From NCBI GenBank assembly GCA_041909435.1, contig JAYRDK010000013.1, positions 55 through 64,054 of the forward strand: a DNA stretch of 64,000 nt, read 5' to 3'. The notes beneath the pieces are model-generated. The model did not search any database and had not been told where the DNA came from. It saw only the letters and a program-made list of their open reading frames with translations. Both the position numbers and the translations under genes were made by a program. The stretch's first letter is position 1. Each line of letters starts with the position of its first letter. The DNA is from Lacunisphaera sp. GTDB lineage: Bacteria > Verrucomicrobiota > Verrucomicrobiia > Opitutales > Opitutaceae. Below are positions 43,564 through 53,670 of this stretch, one piece after another.

Positions 43564-43929
43564 TCACTCCTTAATACCGTCACCAGATGCAGTTGGGTTC
43601 TTCAACTGGTCCTTCCAACTGAGGATCTTGGCCTGGGCGCCGTATTTCTCGGCGGTGGCCTTGTCGCCCTTTTCCATCCAGATGCGCGAGAGGGTGGTGT
43701 TGATGAAGAGGTCGTCGGGCCGGAGGGCGAGGGCGCGGTCGGCGGCGGCGAGGGCGGCGTCGAAGCGGCGCAGGGAGAAGTTGATCTCGGCGAGCGCGTG
43801 CCAGGCCTCGAAGGCGTCGGGTGCGGCGGCGCAGGCGCGGGCGAGCTTGGCCAGGGCGGCCTCGTGGTCGCCCATGGTGTAGTCGAAGGTGGCTTCCTCG
43901 ACGAGGGACTGGACTTCGGCGGGTGTCAC
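43564..43929 (-). CDS. Small TPR protein
   Basis: TPR-like helices (EAWHALAEINFSLRRFDAALAAA); GTG start overlaps the yceI stop. Confidence 0.8.
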   Translation of the reverse strand: MTPAEVQSLVEEATFDYTMGDHEAALAKLARACAAAPDAFEAWHALAEINFSLRRFDAALAAADRALALRPDDLFINTTLSRIWMEKGDKATAEKYGAQAKILSWKDQLKNPTASGDGIKE

Positions 43930-44513
43930 GGGGCCTTGGGGGTTTCCGGCTTCTGGAGCTTGGCCTCGATGTTGATGCTGAGCTCGACCTCGTCGGCAAT
44001 CGACTTCTCCGGGACGCCGACGCCGAAGTCGGTGCGGTCGATGGTGGTGACGGCCTCCCAGCCGGTGAGCTTGGCGCCGCGCTGGCCGTCGGCGAAGCCG
44101 AGGAACTTCACCTCGAGGACGAGCGGGCGGGTCTGCCCCTTGATCGTGAGCTCGCCGGTGACGGTGTAGGTGTCGGCGCCGGATTTTTTCCAAGCGGTGC
44201 TGCGGAAGGTGGCGTCGGGGAATTTATCGGCGAGGAAGAAGTCGGCGCTGAGCAGGTGCTTGTTGCGCGCCTCGTTCTTGGTATCGATGCCGCCGATCTC
44301 GACGGTGGCCGTGATGGTGTTGCGCGTGAAATCGTCGCGGTCGACTGTGAGCGTCCCGGTGAACCTGGCGAAGGTGCCCGGGACCTTGGCGAGGAAGTGG
44401 CGGACGTTGAAGACGACGGACGAGTGGGCCGGGTCGATCTGGTAGGTCTCGACGGCGGCGCGGGCGGTGAGGGTGAGCGCGACGAGGGCCGGGAGCAGGC
44501 GGAGCAGTCTCAT
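43926..44513 (-). CDS. YceI family lipid/polyisoprenoid-binding protein
   Basis: YQIDPAHSSVVF, RNKHLLSADFF, GELTIKG and IDRTDFGV motifs; signal peptide. Confidence 0.92.
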   Translation of the reverse strand: MRLLRLLPALVALTLTARAAVETYQIDPAHSSVVFNVRHFLAKVPGTFARFTGTLTVDRDDFTRNTITATVEIGGIDTKNEARNKHLLSADFFLADKFPDATFRSTAWKKSGADTYTVTGELTIKGQTRPLVLEVKFLGFADGQRGAKLTGWEAVTTIDRTDFGVGVPEKSIADEVELSINIEAKLQKPETPKAP

Positions 44514-44549
44514 GGGACGGGGAGTGTCCCGGCCGCAGCGGGCCGGGTC

Positions 44550-44579
44550 AAAAAGAAAGGACGGCCCGGGGGCCGTCCT
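44550..44579 (-). terminator. Rho-independent terminator
   Basis: Minus strand AGGACGGCC-CCCG-GGCCGTCCT followed by TTCTTTTT. Confidence 0.75.
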
Positions 44580-44590
44580 GATTGTTTGTG

Positions 44591-44643
44591 GTAGGGCGAA
44601 TCCTCTGGATGAGCTGCGGCTCGTCGGGGACGACTCGCCCTAC
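44591..44643. repeat. GTAG-type REP doublet, family A
   Basis: GTAGGGCGAATCCTCTGGATGAGCTGCGGCTCGTCGGGGACGACTCGCCCTAC. Confidence 0.88.
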
Positions 44644-44659
44644 CTGGAATAGGCTGTCC

Positions 44660-45241
44660 TCAGCCCTGCTTGGCGCCGGCCTCGATGTTGATCGTGATGG
44701 CGACCTCGTCGCCGAGCGCCTTCTGCAGCATCGCCGGACCGGCGAGGCCGAACTCGGACTTCTTGATGGTGGTGGTGGCCTCCCAGCCGGAGAGGAGGGT
44801 GCCGGGGCGCATGCCGGGGCCGAAGCCGAGGAGCGTGGTCTTCAGGACGACCTCCTTGGTGATGTCCTTGATCGTGAGGTCACCGGTGATGTCGTAGGTG
44901 TCCGCGCCGGTCTTCTTCCAGGACTTGCTCTTGAAGGTGGCGGTCGGGAACTTGGTGACGTCGAAGAAGTCGGGACCCTTGATGTGCTTGTCCCGGCCCT
45001 CGCTGTCGGTCGTCAGGCCGGCCACGTCGATCGTGGCGGTCACGCTGCTGTTCTCCAGGTTGTCCCGGTCGACGGTGATGTCGCCGCTGAGCTTGGTGAA
45101 GCTGCTGGTATACTTGGAAAGGATGTGGCGGAGGCTGTAGTTGATCGAGGAGTGGGTGGCGTCGATCTTGTAGACCTCGACCGCGGCTTGGCTGCTGGCG
45201 GCAAGACCGAGGACGGCGAGGAGGGCGAGGAGGCGTTTCAT
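44660..45241 (-). CDS. YceI family protein (tandem paralog)
   Basis: YKIDATHSSINY, RDKHIKGPDFF and GDLTIKD motifs; signal peptide. Confidence 0.92.
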   Translation of the reverse strand: MKRLLALLAVLGLAASSQAAVEVYKIDATHSSINYSLRHILSKYTSSFTKLSGDITVDRDNLENSSVTATIDVAGLTTDSEGRDKHIKGPDFFDVTKFPTATFKSKSWKKTGADTYDITGDLTIKDITKEVVLKTTLLGFGPGMRPGTLLSGWEATTTIKKSEFGLAGPAMLQKALGDEVAITINIEAGAKQG

Positions 45242-45291
45242 GTTTTTGTGGTTGGTTGAAGGGAAGCGGGCGGGGAGAGGAATAGGATAAG

Positions 45292-45309
45292 TAGTTGCTG
45301 ATGCAACTA
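45292..45309. promoter_or_regulatory. Perfect 7-4-7 palindrome upstream of yceI, candidate repressor operator
   Basis: TAGTTGC-TGAT-GCAACTA about 50 nt upstream of the start codon. Confidence 0.5.
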
Positions 45310-45332
45310 AATTCTCCGGCGCCCCCGTTTTT

Positions 45333-46397
<1,065 letters not shown>

Positions 46398-46520
46398 GGC
46401 CGGCAGGTTTAGGCGCCCGCGGGGCGGACGGCAACAACGGTCATGTGGGTGTGGCGGAAGAGTTTCAAAAACGTGCTTGCCTCACCCGGGGCAAATCCGC
46501 CGAATGCCGCTTCGATTTTC

Positions 46521-46596
46521 GCCGCTTTAGCTCAGCTGGTAGAGCGACTCATTCGTAATGAGTAGGTCGTCGGTTCAAATCCGACAAGCGGCTCCA
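46521..46596 (+). tRNA. tRNA-Thr(CGT) with encoded CCA
   Basis: GCCGCTT acceptor stem; TAGCTCAGCTGGTAGAGC D-arm; TT-CGT-AA anticodon loop; GGTTCAAATCC T-arm. Confidence 0.96.
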
Positions 46597-46641
46597 GTTT
46601 CCCCTCTGAGTGGGTCTAGGGCGGTTTAGGGCCCGGAGGGT

Positions 46642-46662
46642 CGGTGTCACACCGGTGTCACA
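46642..46662. repeat. 10-bp direct repeat CGGTGTCACA x2 (possible integrase arm-type sites)
   Basis: CGGTGTCACA-C-CGGTGTCACA about 45 nt after the tRNA. Confidence 0.45.
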
Positions 46663-46983
46663 TTTCAAAGCGCCCCAGAGGGTCGAAACGAGGCCTTATG
46701 GGGCCTGAAACGCTGTCGGAAAAGCGGCGTTGGATTTCCGCGTCATACGCTGACCCAGGGTTGGGCTGCGATCAGCTCGGCACTGATTTTACAACCTTAG
46801 TTCCGTATCACTTATCGAGCTTGAGGTCGTTCGATGTAAGAAGGTGCGCTAGTGACTTCCAGTCATACAGGTCGAAATAAGGGAATGCGGCTAAGGCGTG
46901 ACTAAAGTTGTGAAAGTCATTTTCGCGATACTGCCGTTTCCTATTCTAGTGTTACACTCGCTGCGAGAGTCGCTCGACTGGCT

Positions 46984-48297
46984 TCAGCGAGGTGTCACAG
47001 ATTGGTTGTCGTTCGCAGTTTCATCGGAGGGCATTGCAGGCATAGCGCAAGCGATCACAGCTGCCAGTATGGCAGGAATGCACGACCAGAGCAGCGCAAT
47101 ACGGAAATCATCCACTGGTGCGAGCAGACCGAAAATCAAGGAGGCACCTGCCGCCACAAGACGGCCGATATTGTATGAGAATCCAGCGCCGGTAGTCCGG
47201 AGCAAGGTGGGAAAGAGCGGAGGCAAATACATGGTGAACAAACCAAGGACACCTGAGAAAAACCCGACCGAGGGGAGCCAGAAGAAAGCCAGTTCGGAAA
47301 AGCTCCTCGGTTCAATAAACGATCCGACCATGCCTGCGGCCATGCCCAGGAACATGAGGCCGATGGCCCGTGGGTAATCCAATTTTTTTGCCAGCCAACC
47401 GGCGAAGAAATTCCCGGCAATCGATACAAAGATGACGAGGAAGAAGACGGCGGTGATGTGACGGGTCACCGCCGCCGGAGTTTCGCCGGCGGCGACCAGC
47501 ACCAGGCGCAGTTGTTGCGGGTGCCAGAATAAGAAAAGCCACCATGCGGAAAGACCGCATCCGCACACACTGCTCGTTAGAAGGGTTCGCTTCAGCGTGC
47601 TGCCACGGAATAGGTCCGTCAGGCGGGCCTTGGTCTGATGCGCTTTGGCTGCGACCCAGTTTTCCGGCTCCGGCACGTAGCGGCGGATCCAGTAGACCAG
47701 CAGGGCAGGGAGCACGCCGACGAAAAACACGACCCGCTCCGAAGGCGGATTGGGCAGAAGGGTATAAAGCCAGACGACCACGGCGGCGAACAGCACACCG
47801 AGATTGACCGCAGTTTGGAGCACGGCCGCGATCCACGGGCGCCAGGCTCGAGGCCAGGTTTCACTGAGCAGAGTGGAGCCGACAGCCCACTCACCGCCGA
47901 TGCCAAGAGCAGCCACAAACCGAAAGATCATCAGATGCCACCAAGTCTGCGCCATACCGCATAGCCCGGTGCAAATTGCATAAGTCAGCACCGTCAGCGC
48001 GAGCGCCCGGCTGCGGCCAAGTTTGTCACCAATGATGCCGAAAAAAGCGCCGCCCAACGCCCAGCCCACCAGGAACGCGGCCTGGATGTAGGCGCTTTTT
48101 TCCTTCACAGCCGGATCCGCAGCGCTGGTCGCGCCCAGCAACTGGACGACGACAGGAATCGCCACCAGCGTGTAGAGGTGCATTTCGAGGCCGTCGAAGA
48201 ACCAACCCAACCAAGCGGCAATGCCAGAGCGCCGCTGATATGAGGTGATTTGGCGGAGTTGTGCTGAGACAGACGTAGATTCGGGACGCAGTATCAT
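46984..48297 (-). CDS. MFS transporter (aromatic acid / carboxylate type)
   Basis: GWFFDGLE, GDKLGRSRAL, GIGGEWAVG and ELFPT-like PPLFPTLLR motifs; 12 TM segments. Confidence 0.9.
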   Translation of the reverse strand: MILRPESTSVSAQLRQITSYQRRSGIAAWLGWFFDGLEMHLYTLVAIPVVVQLLGATSAADPAVKEKSAYIQAAFLVGWALGGAFFGIIGDKLGRSRALALTVLTYAICTGLCGMAQTWWHLMIFRFVAALGIGGEWAVGSTLLSETWPRAWRPWIAAVLQTAVNLGVLFAAVVVWLYTLLPNPPSERVVFFVGVLPALLVYWIRRYVPEPENWVAAKAHQTKARLTDLFRGSTLKRTLLTSSVCGCGLSAWWLFLFWHPQQLRLVLVAAGETPAAVTRHITAVFFLVIFVSIAGNFFAGWLAKKLDYPRAIGLMFLGMAAGMVGSFIEPRSFSELAFFWLPSVGFFSGVLGLFTMYLPPLFPTLLRTTGAGFSYNIGRLVAAGASLIFGLLAPVDDFRIALLWSCIPAILAAVIACAMPAMPSDETANDNQSVTPR

Positions 48298-48476
48298 GGG
48301 AGTTTGGGTTACCGGTCCCTACTTGGTGGGCCCGCAGGAATAGACTCCCCGAGTACCTTACCTGTTTACGCGTCACGAAAAACTCAATTCGATCTGTCGA
48401 AAAAAATTATCGAAAAATCGGGAGACCTCGCCCAAATGCAAACAGCCAACGTTTTTACTTTCTTGAGTGCTCGAAT

Positions 48477-48490
48477 AAGTGTCGACACAA
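48477..48490. promoter_or_regulatory. Operator-like palindrome, copy 1 (AAGTGTCGACACAA)
   Basis: In the divergent MFS/gntR intergenic region; related copies at 56320 and 63923. Confidence 0.6.
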
Positions 48491-48594
48491 AAACGAATTC
48501 TGCGGTAAAAATCCATTACTTCCACTTGGCACCTAGTGTCTGCAACCTGCAAGGTATCCCGTCCTGATTTTCCCACTTTATCAATTTTCATCCC

Positions 48595-49278
48595 GTGAAA
48601 CAAAAGCGCACAACCGAAGTTTCCGAAGGAGTATCCGACCGGCTGATCGAAGCCATCGTCACTCTAAAAATCCCGCCAGGAAAGCCCTTGCGGGAGGCGC
48701 GCCTGGCGAAGGAGTGGGGCGTGAGTCGGACGCCGGTTCGCGAGGCGGTCCGTCAGGCGGTGGCTTTGGGCTTGATTGAGCTACGTCCCAACCGGGCGCC
48801 CGTGGTAAGGGTCTTGAGTCCGGCGGACGTCGAGAATCTCTACGCACTCAGAGAGACCCTGGAAGTCTTCGCTCTGGACTTGTCCTTCGATAAAATTCCA
48901 CCGCAGCGGGTCAAGAAAGTGTATCAGGAAGTCCAGTCGCTTGATCGTGCAATCGGCAAGCCGCGCTGGCGTCGTCGGGCGCTCGCCTTGGATACGGCGC
49001 TTCACCAGCTTTGGATTGCACATTGCGGCAACCGATGGCTGCAGCAATCTATCAGTCAGCTTTGGACCTTCATCAAAATCCTCCAACAGATTGTCGCCAA
49101 AGATGAGATGATGTTGGATAACTCCATCGCAGAGCATACTGCTATTCTCGATGCGCTGTCGACTGGCGACAAGCTAGCCACTCGGCGCGCGCTGGTGCAT
49201 CATATCCGCTCTTCAGCTGAGTATCTAAACCGCCAGTTGCCGGCTTCCGATTCCCTGAGTCCTAAGGCCAGTTTTTAG
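48595..49278 (+). CDS. GntR family (FCD domain) transcriptional regulator
   Basis: PGKPLREARLAKEWGVSRTPVREA HTH; FCD His motifs (LHQ...GNRWL; EHTAILDAL). Confidence 0.92.
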   Translation: MKQKRTTEVSEGVSDRLIEAIVTLKIPPGKPLREARLAKEWGVSRTPVREAVRQAVALGLIELRPNRAPVVRVLSPADVENLYALRETLEVFALDLSFDKIPPQRVKKVYQEVQSLDRAIGKPRWRRRALALDTALHQLWIAHCGNRWLQQSISQLWTFIKILQQIVAKDEMMLDNSIAEHTAILDALSTGDKLATRRALVHHIRSSAEYLNRQLPASDSLSPKASF

Positions 49279-49281
49279 AAA

Positions 49282-52206
49282 TTACAGTAAGGCTGCGTGC
49301 AGGATCTCGATCGGGTGCCGGGCCACGCGGCCCGTGCCGTCGAGAATCTGGTGGCGGCAGCTGGTGCCGGGGGCGGCGATCAGCGTGTCCTCCGGCGCAT
49401 TGCGCACGGCGGGGAAGAGCACGAGTTCGCCGATCTGCTGGGAGATGGCGAAGTGCTCCTCCTCGTAACCGAAGGAGCCGGCCATGCCGCAGCAGCCCGA
49501 GGGGATGACCGACACCTTGTGGCCGGCGGGCAGCTCGAGCATCTTCACGGTCGGCGTGAGGGACGAGAGCGCCTTCTGGTGACAGTGGCCGTGGAGCTTG
49601 ATGGCGCGGGTCTGCGGTTTGAAGGCGGCCTTGGTGATCCGGCCGGCGTCGGCCTCGCGGGCGATAAACTCGTCGATCAGCAGCGCGTTCTTCGCGAGAG
49701 CCTGGGCGGCGTCGAGCAAGTGAGCAGGGACGAGATCGGGATACTCGTCGCGGAAGGAAAGGATGCACGACGGCTCGAGGCCGATGAGCGGGGACTTCGT
49801 GCTGATAACATCCTTGAGCAGCTCGACATTGCGGATGGCGAACTTTTGCGCGTCACGGATGAGGCCCTTGGAAAAATGAGCGCGGCCGCTCTCGACGTGC
49901 TCGGGGATGACGACCTCGTAGCCGAGCTTGTTCAGGAGCTGCACGGCCTTGATGCCCATCGGCGTGTCGTTGTAATCCGTGAACTCGTCGCAGAAGAGAA
50001 ACACGCGGCCGTTGGGGTAGGCGAGGGTCGGCGGGTTCGCGTGCTGCTTGTGCCACGCGGCGAGCGTGGTGCTGTGCAGCGTCGGCAGGCTGCGCTTGGC
50101 GGAGAAACCGGCGAAGCGCTTGATCATCCGCGAGACGTCCGGCGCGGTGACCGCCCAGTTGTAGAGCGCGGGAAACAGCGAAGCCAGGCGCATGGAGCCG
50201 GTGAAGCCGGCGACGAGCCGCGAGCGCAGGGGCACACCGTTGGCATCATAATAGTGCTGCTGCCACTCGGCCTTGAGGCGGGCGACGTCCACGTTCGACG
50301 GACACTCGGATTTGCAGCCTTTGCAGGAGAGGCAAAGGTCCATGACGCCCTTCACCTGCTCGCTGTCCCAGGCGTTCATGCCGTCGCGGGCGTCGGTGAG
50401 AACGTGGCGGAGCATGTTGGCGCGGGCGCGGGTCGTGTCCTGCTCGTTGCGCGTCGCCATGAAGCTCGGGCACATCGTGCCGCCCATGAGGTGGGTCTTG
50501 CGGCACTCGCCGACGCCGTTGCATTTCTCGGCGGCACGGAGGACGCCCTGCGTGGCGCTGAAGTTGAAGACGGTCTTGTATTCCGGGGTCGGGTGGTCGG
50601 GACCGTGGCGCAGCGACGTGTCCATCGGCGGCGTATCGATGATCTTGCCGGGATTGAACAGGCCGCGCGGGTCGAAGGTCTCCTTCACGCGGCGCATCAT
50701 CGCGTAGCACTCGGGGCCGACCATGAATGGGATGAACTCGCCGCGCAGGCGGCCGTCGCCGTGTTCGCCGGAGAGCGATCCGCGGTATTTCTTCACGAGG
50801 TGGGCGACGTCGGTGGCGATGCCGCGGAAGAACTTCATGCCCTCGGGCGTCTTGAGGTCGAAGAGCGGACGGGTGTGCAGCTCGCCGGCGCCGGCATGTG
50901 CGTAGTAGACGGAGCTGATGCCGTATTTCTCGCGCATCAACTTATCGAACTCGGCGATGTAGGCCGGCAGATCCTCGACGGCGACCGCCGTGTCCTCGAC
51001 GACTTCGCGCGGCTTGGCGTCGCCGGGGATGTTCATCATGAGACCCTGGCCGGCGCGGCGGAGGTCCCAGACCCGGTTGGCTTCGTCGCCCCAGAGCACG
51101 GGGAAGGCGTAGCCGAGGCCGGCGGCGCGGAGTTCCGACTCGATGGTCCGCATCACTGCCTCGATGGCCTCGCGTTGTTCGAGGCGGATCTCGATGACGA
51201 GCACGGCGCCCGGGTCGCCGACGAGGAAGAAGCGGTTCTTGGCGTGCTCGAGGTTGGCCTTGGTGCACTCGAGGATGTGGCGGTCGATCAGCTCGCAGCC
51301 GAACGGCCGGTGGCGCATCGCGATAAGTGTGGCGTGCAGCGAGTCCTGGATCGTCTTGAAGTGCGCGCACATCAGCGCGCCCGCCGGCGGCAGGGGCTCG
51401 ACGTTGAGCTCGAACTCGACGCCGAGGAACAACGTGCCCTCGGAGCCCGCGAGCAGCTGGCAGAGGTTGAAGGGCTGGGCCGAGGCCGGATCGAAGACAT
51501 TGCACTCCATCAGGCGGTCCAGCGCGTAGCCGGTGTTGCGGCGGGTGACGGTAGGCTTCGGGTAGTTGTCGCGGATCAGCTGGCGGTTCTTCGCGTCGCC
51601 GAGCAGGTCGCGGACGGTGCGGTAGATTTTGGTCTCGAGCGTGTCGGGGCCGGCGCACTTGGCGGCGAATTCTGCGGAAGTGAGCGGGCCAAAGGTCACT
51701 TCAGAGCCGTCGCTGAGAAAGCCGCGCGTCGAGACAAGATGCTCGCGCGTAGTGCCGTGGACGATGGAGTTGGCGCCGCAGGAGTTGTTGCCGACCATGC
51801 CGCCGACCATGGCGCGGTTGGCGGTGGAGGTCTCGGGCGTGAAAAAGAGGCTGTGCGGTTTGAGGGCGAGGTTGAGCTCGTTGCGGACGACACCCGGCTG
51901 GACGCGGACGCGGCGCGCCTTCGCGTCGGTCGCGACGATACGGTTCAGGTGCCGGCCGAGATCCACCACGATGCCGTTGCCCACGACCTGGCCGGCGAGG
52001 GAGGTGCCGGCGGTGCGCGGGATCAGGCCGATGCCATGCGCGTTGGCGAAGGCGATGAGTTCGCGGACATCCGTCTCGGTCTTCGGCAGCGCGACGGCGA
52101 CGGGCAGCTCCTGGTATTCGGAGGCGTCGGTCGCATAAAGTTGCCGCATCGTAACATCGAAATGCAGCTCGCCCGTCAGGCGGGCGGCGAAAGCTGGCAG
52201 GTCCAC
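49282..52206 (-). CDS. FAD-binding / Fe-S oxidoreductase (YdiJ/GlcD-GlcF-like 2-hydroxyacid dehydrogenase)
   Basis: PRTAGTSLAGQ, GGMVGNNSCG, HAGAGELH, SGEHGDG, CxxCxxC clusters and CCGMAGSFG motifs. Confidence 0.9.
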   Translation of the reverse strand: MDLPAFAARLTGELHFDVTMRQLYATDASEYQELPVAVALPKTETDVRELIAFANAHGIGLIPRTAGTSLAGQVVGNGIVVDLGRHLNRIVATDAKARRVRVQPGVVRNELNLALKPHSLFFTPETSTANRAMVGGMVGNNSCGANSIVHGTTREHLVSTRGFLSDGSEVTFGPLTSAEFAAKCAGPDTLETKIYRTVRDLLGDAKNRQLIRDNYPKPTVTRRNTGYALDRLMECNVFDPASAQPFNLCQLLAGSEGTLFLGVEFELNVEPLPPAGALMCAHFKTIQDSLHATLIAMRHRPFGCELIDRHILECTKANLEHAKNRFFLVGDPGAVLVIEIRLEQREAIEAVMRTIESELRAAGLGYAFPVLWGDEANRVWDLRRAGQGLMMNIPGDAKPREVVEDTAVAVEDLPAYIAEFDKLMREKYGISSVYYAHAGAGELHTRPLFDLKTPEGMKFFRGIATDVAHLVKKYRGSLSGEHGDGRLRGEFIPFMVGPECYAMMRRVKETFDPRGLFNPGKIIDTPPMDTSLRHGPDHPTPEYKTVFNFSATQGVLRAAEKCNGVGECRKTHLMGGTMCPSFMATRNEQDTTRARANMLRHVLTDARDGMNAWDSEQVKGVMDLCLSCKGCKSECPSNVDVARLKAEWQQHYYDANGVPLRSRLVAGFTGSMRLASLFPALYNWAVTAPDVSRMIKRFAGFSAKRSLPTLHSTTLAAWHKQHANPPTLAYPNGRVFLFCDEFTDYNDTPMGIKAVQLLNKLGYEVVIPEHVESGRAHFSKGLIRDAQKFAIRNVELLKDVISTKSPLIGLEPSCILSFRDEYPDLVPAHLLDAAQALAKNALLIDEFIAREADAGRITKAAFKPQTRAIKLHGHCHQKALSSLTPTVKMLELPAGHKVSVIPSGCCGMAGSFGYEEEHFAISQQIGELVLFPAVRNAPEDTLIAAPGTSCRHQILDGTGRVARHPIEILHAALL

Positions 52207-52292
52207 AGGAATAGGTGAAACGATGATCCAGGACGATTGCCCTGTGATGAGGCCGCCAAGCCAGACAGACTCATGTCCGGCTAAGGCCCCCC

Positions 52293-53642
52293 TCAGTTTT
52301 TCTTAAGATAGTAGTCGCGTTCAATCTGCTCAAGGGTTCGTCCTTTCGTTTCGGGAAGGAAAACAACGATGAAGACGAGGCAAACCAGACAGAAGAAAGC
52401 AAAGACATTAAACACGCTGCCCTGAAGCGCCGAGAGCATGTAAGGGAAGAACTGTGCGACTAGGAAGTTGCCGGCCCAGAGAAAAACGACCGACAAAGCC
52501 ATGGCCCGTCCGCGCACCCGATTAGGGAAGATCTCGGATACAACCACCCAGTAGATTCCTCCCATGCCGATGGAAAACCAAGACACATAGCTCAGGGTGT
52601 AAATCAAAAGCAGCATTCCGCTGTGCTCCGCCTTAGGAAAAGCCAGGCCCATCAAAAAGAGCGAGACGCCCATGCCCGCCGAGGCGGCGATCATGATCGG
52701 GCGTCGCCCGACCTTGTCCACGATCAGCATGGCCACGATGGTGAAGAGAATCATGATCAACCCGATGATGATGGAGTGCCCGTAGGCGCTGCCGGTGCTG
52801 ATGCCGGCGTTCAGGAAGATGCGCGGCGCATAATACATAACAATGTTGATGCCGGTGATCGCCTGGAATAAGGCTAGCGCCATGCTCATGTAGGTAATCC
52901 GCCGTCCGCCCGGTTGGAAGAGCTCGCTCATTTTTCCTTCCTCCTCGTCTAATGTGCGGATGATCGCTTCGAATTCGGAGTCAGCTTCAGCAGCCGGGAG
53001 CAGGCGCCCCAGTACGAGGCGCGCTTCCGTACGCCTTCCGCGCTTGGCGAGCCAGCGCGGGCTTTCCGGAATCCAAATCGTCAGTACCAGGAAAACCACC
53101 GACGGCAGCAGTGCCATGCCCAGCATCCAGCGCCAGCCGGTGGCGATCATCCACGCCGTGTCGCCCCAATCAAGGATCATGCGATTGGCGAGGTAGGACA
53201 GGACCATGCCGGAAACGATGGCGATCTGGTTCATGGTCACCAGGCCGCCCCTGATCCGCGCGGGCGCCACCTCGGCGATATACATGGGCGTGACCATCGA
53301 AGCCACGCCGACACCGATGCCGCCGATGAAACGTGAAAAGGTAAGCAACTCCATGTTGGGAGCGAACGCGCAGCCGACCGCGCAGAGCGCGAAGAGCACG
53401 CCGGAAGTGAGCAGGCCGAGTTTCCGGCCGAATTGGTCGGCGAACCAGCCGGCGACCAGGGCGCCCACGACGCAGCCGACCAGGGCACTCGAAACGACCC
53501 ATCCGAGCGACAGGTCACTCAGGCCGAATCGCGTCTGGATGGCCTCGGTCGCGCCGGAAATGACGGCGGTGTCGTAGCCGAAAAGAAGGCCGCCAAACGC
53601 GGCGATCCCGCTGACAAAAATGACATACAAAAGTGATTTCAT
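52293..53642 (-). CDS. Sugar porter family MFS transporter
   Basis: GGLLFGYDTAVISG, PMYIAEVAPARIRG, PESPRWL, VDKVGRR, EIFPNRVRG and PETKG motifs. Confidence 0.93.
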   Translation of the reverse strand: MKSLLYVIFVSGIAAFGGLLFGYDTAVISGATEAIQTRFGLSDLSLGWVVSSALVGCVVGALVAGWFADQFGRKLGLLTSGVLFALCAVGCAFAPNMELLTFSRFIGGIGVGVASMVTPMYIAEVAPARIRGGLVTMNQIAIVSGMVLSYLANRMILDWGDTAWMIATGWRWMLGMALLPSVVFLVLTIWIPESPRWLAKRGRRTEARLVLGRLLPAAEADSEFEAIIRTLDEEEGKMSELFQPGGRRITYMSMALALFQAITGINIVMYYAPRIFLNAGISTGSAYGHSIIIGLIMILFTIVAMLIVDKVGRRPIMIAASAGMGVSLFLMGLAFPKAEHSGMLLLIYTLSYVSWFSIGMGGIYWVVVSEIFPNRVRGRAMALSVVFLWAGNFLVAQFFPYMLSALQGSVFNVFAFFCLVCLVFIVVFLPETKGRTLEQIERDYYLKKN

Positions 53643-53670
53643 GGGGCGAAGAGGCAGGGGTGCTGGGCGG

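Noticed and set aside
46644-46880. 78-aa ORF after tRNA-Thr as an integrase fragment
   Set aside because: No tyrosine or serine recombinase motif recognisable in this ORF; other frames were inspected only briefly.
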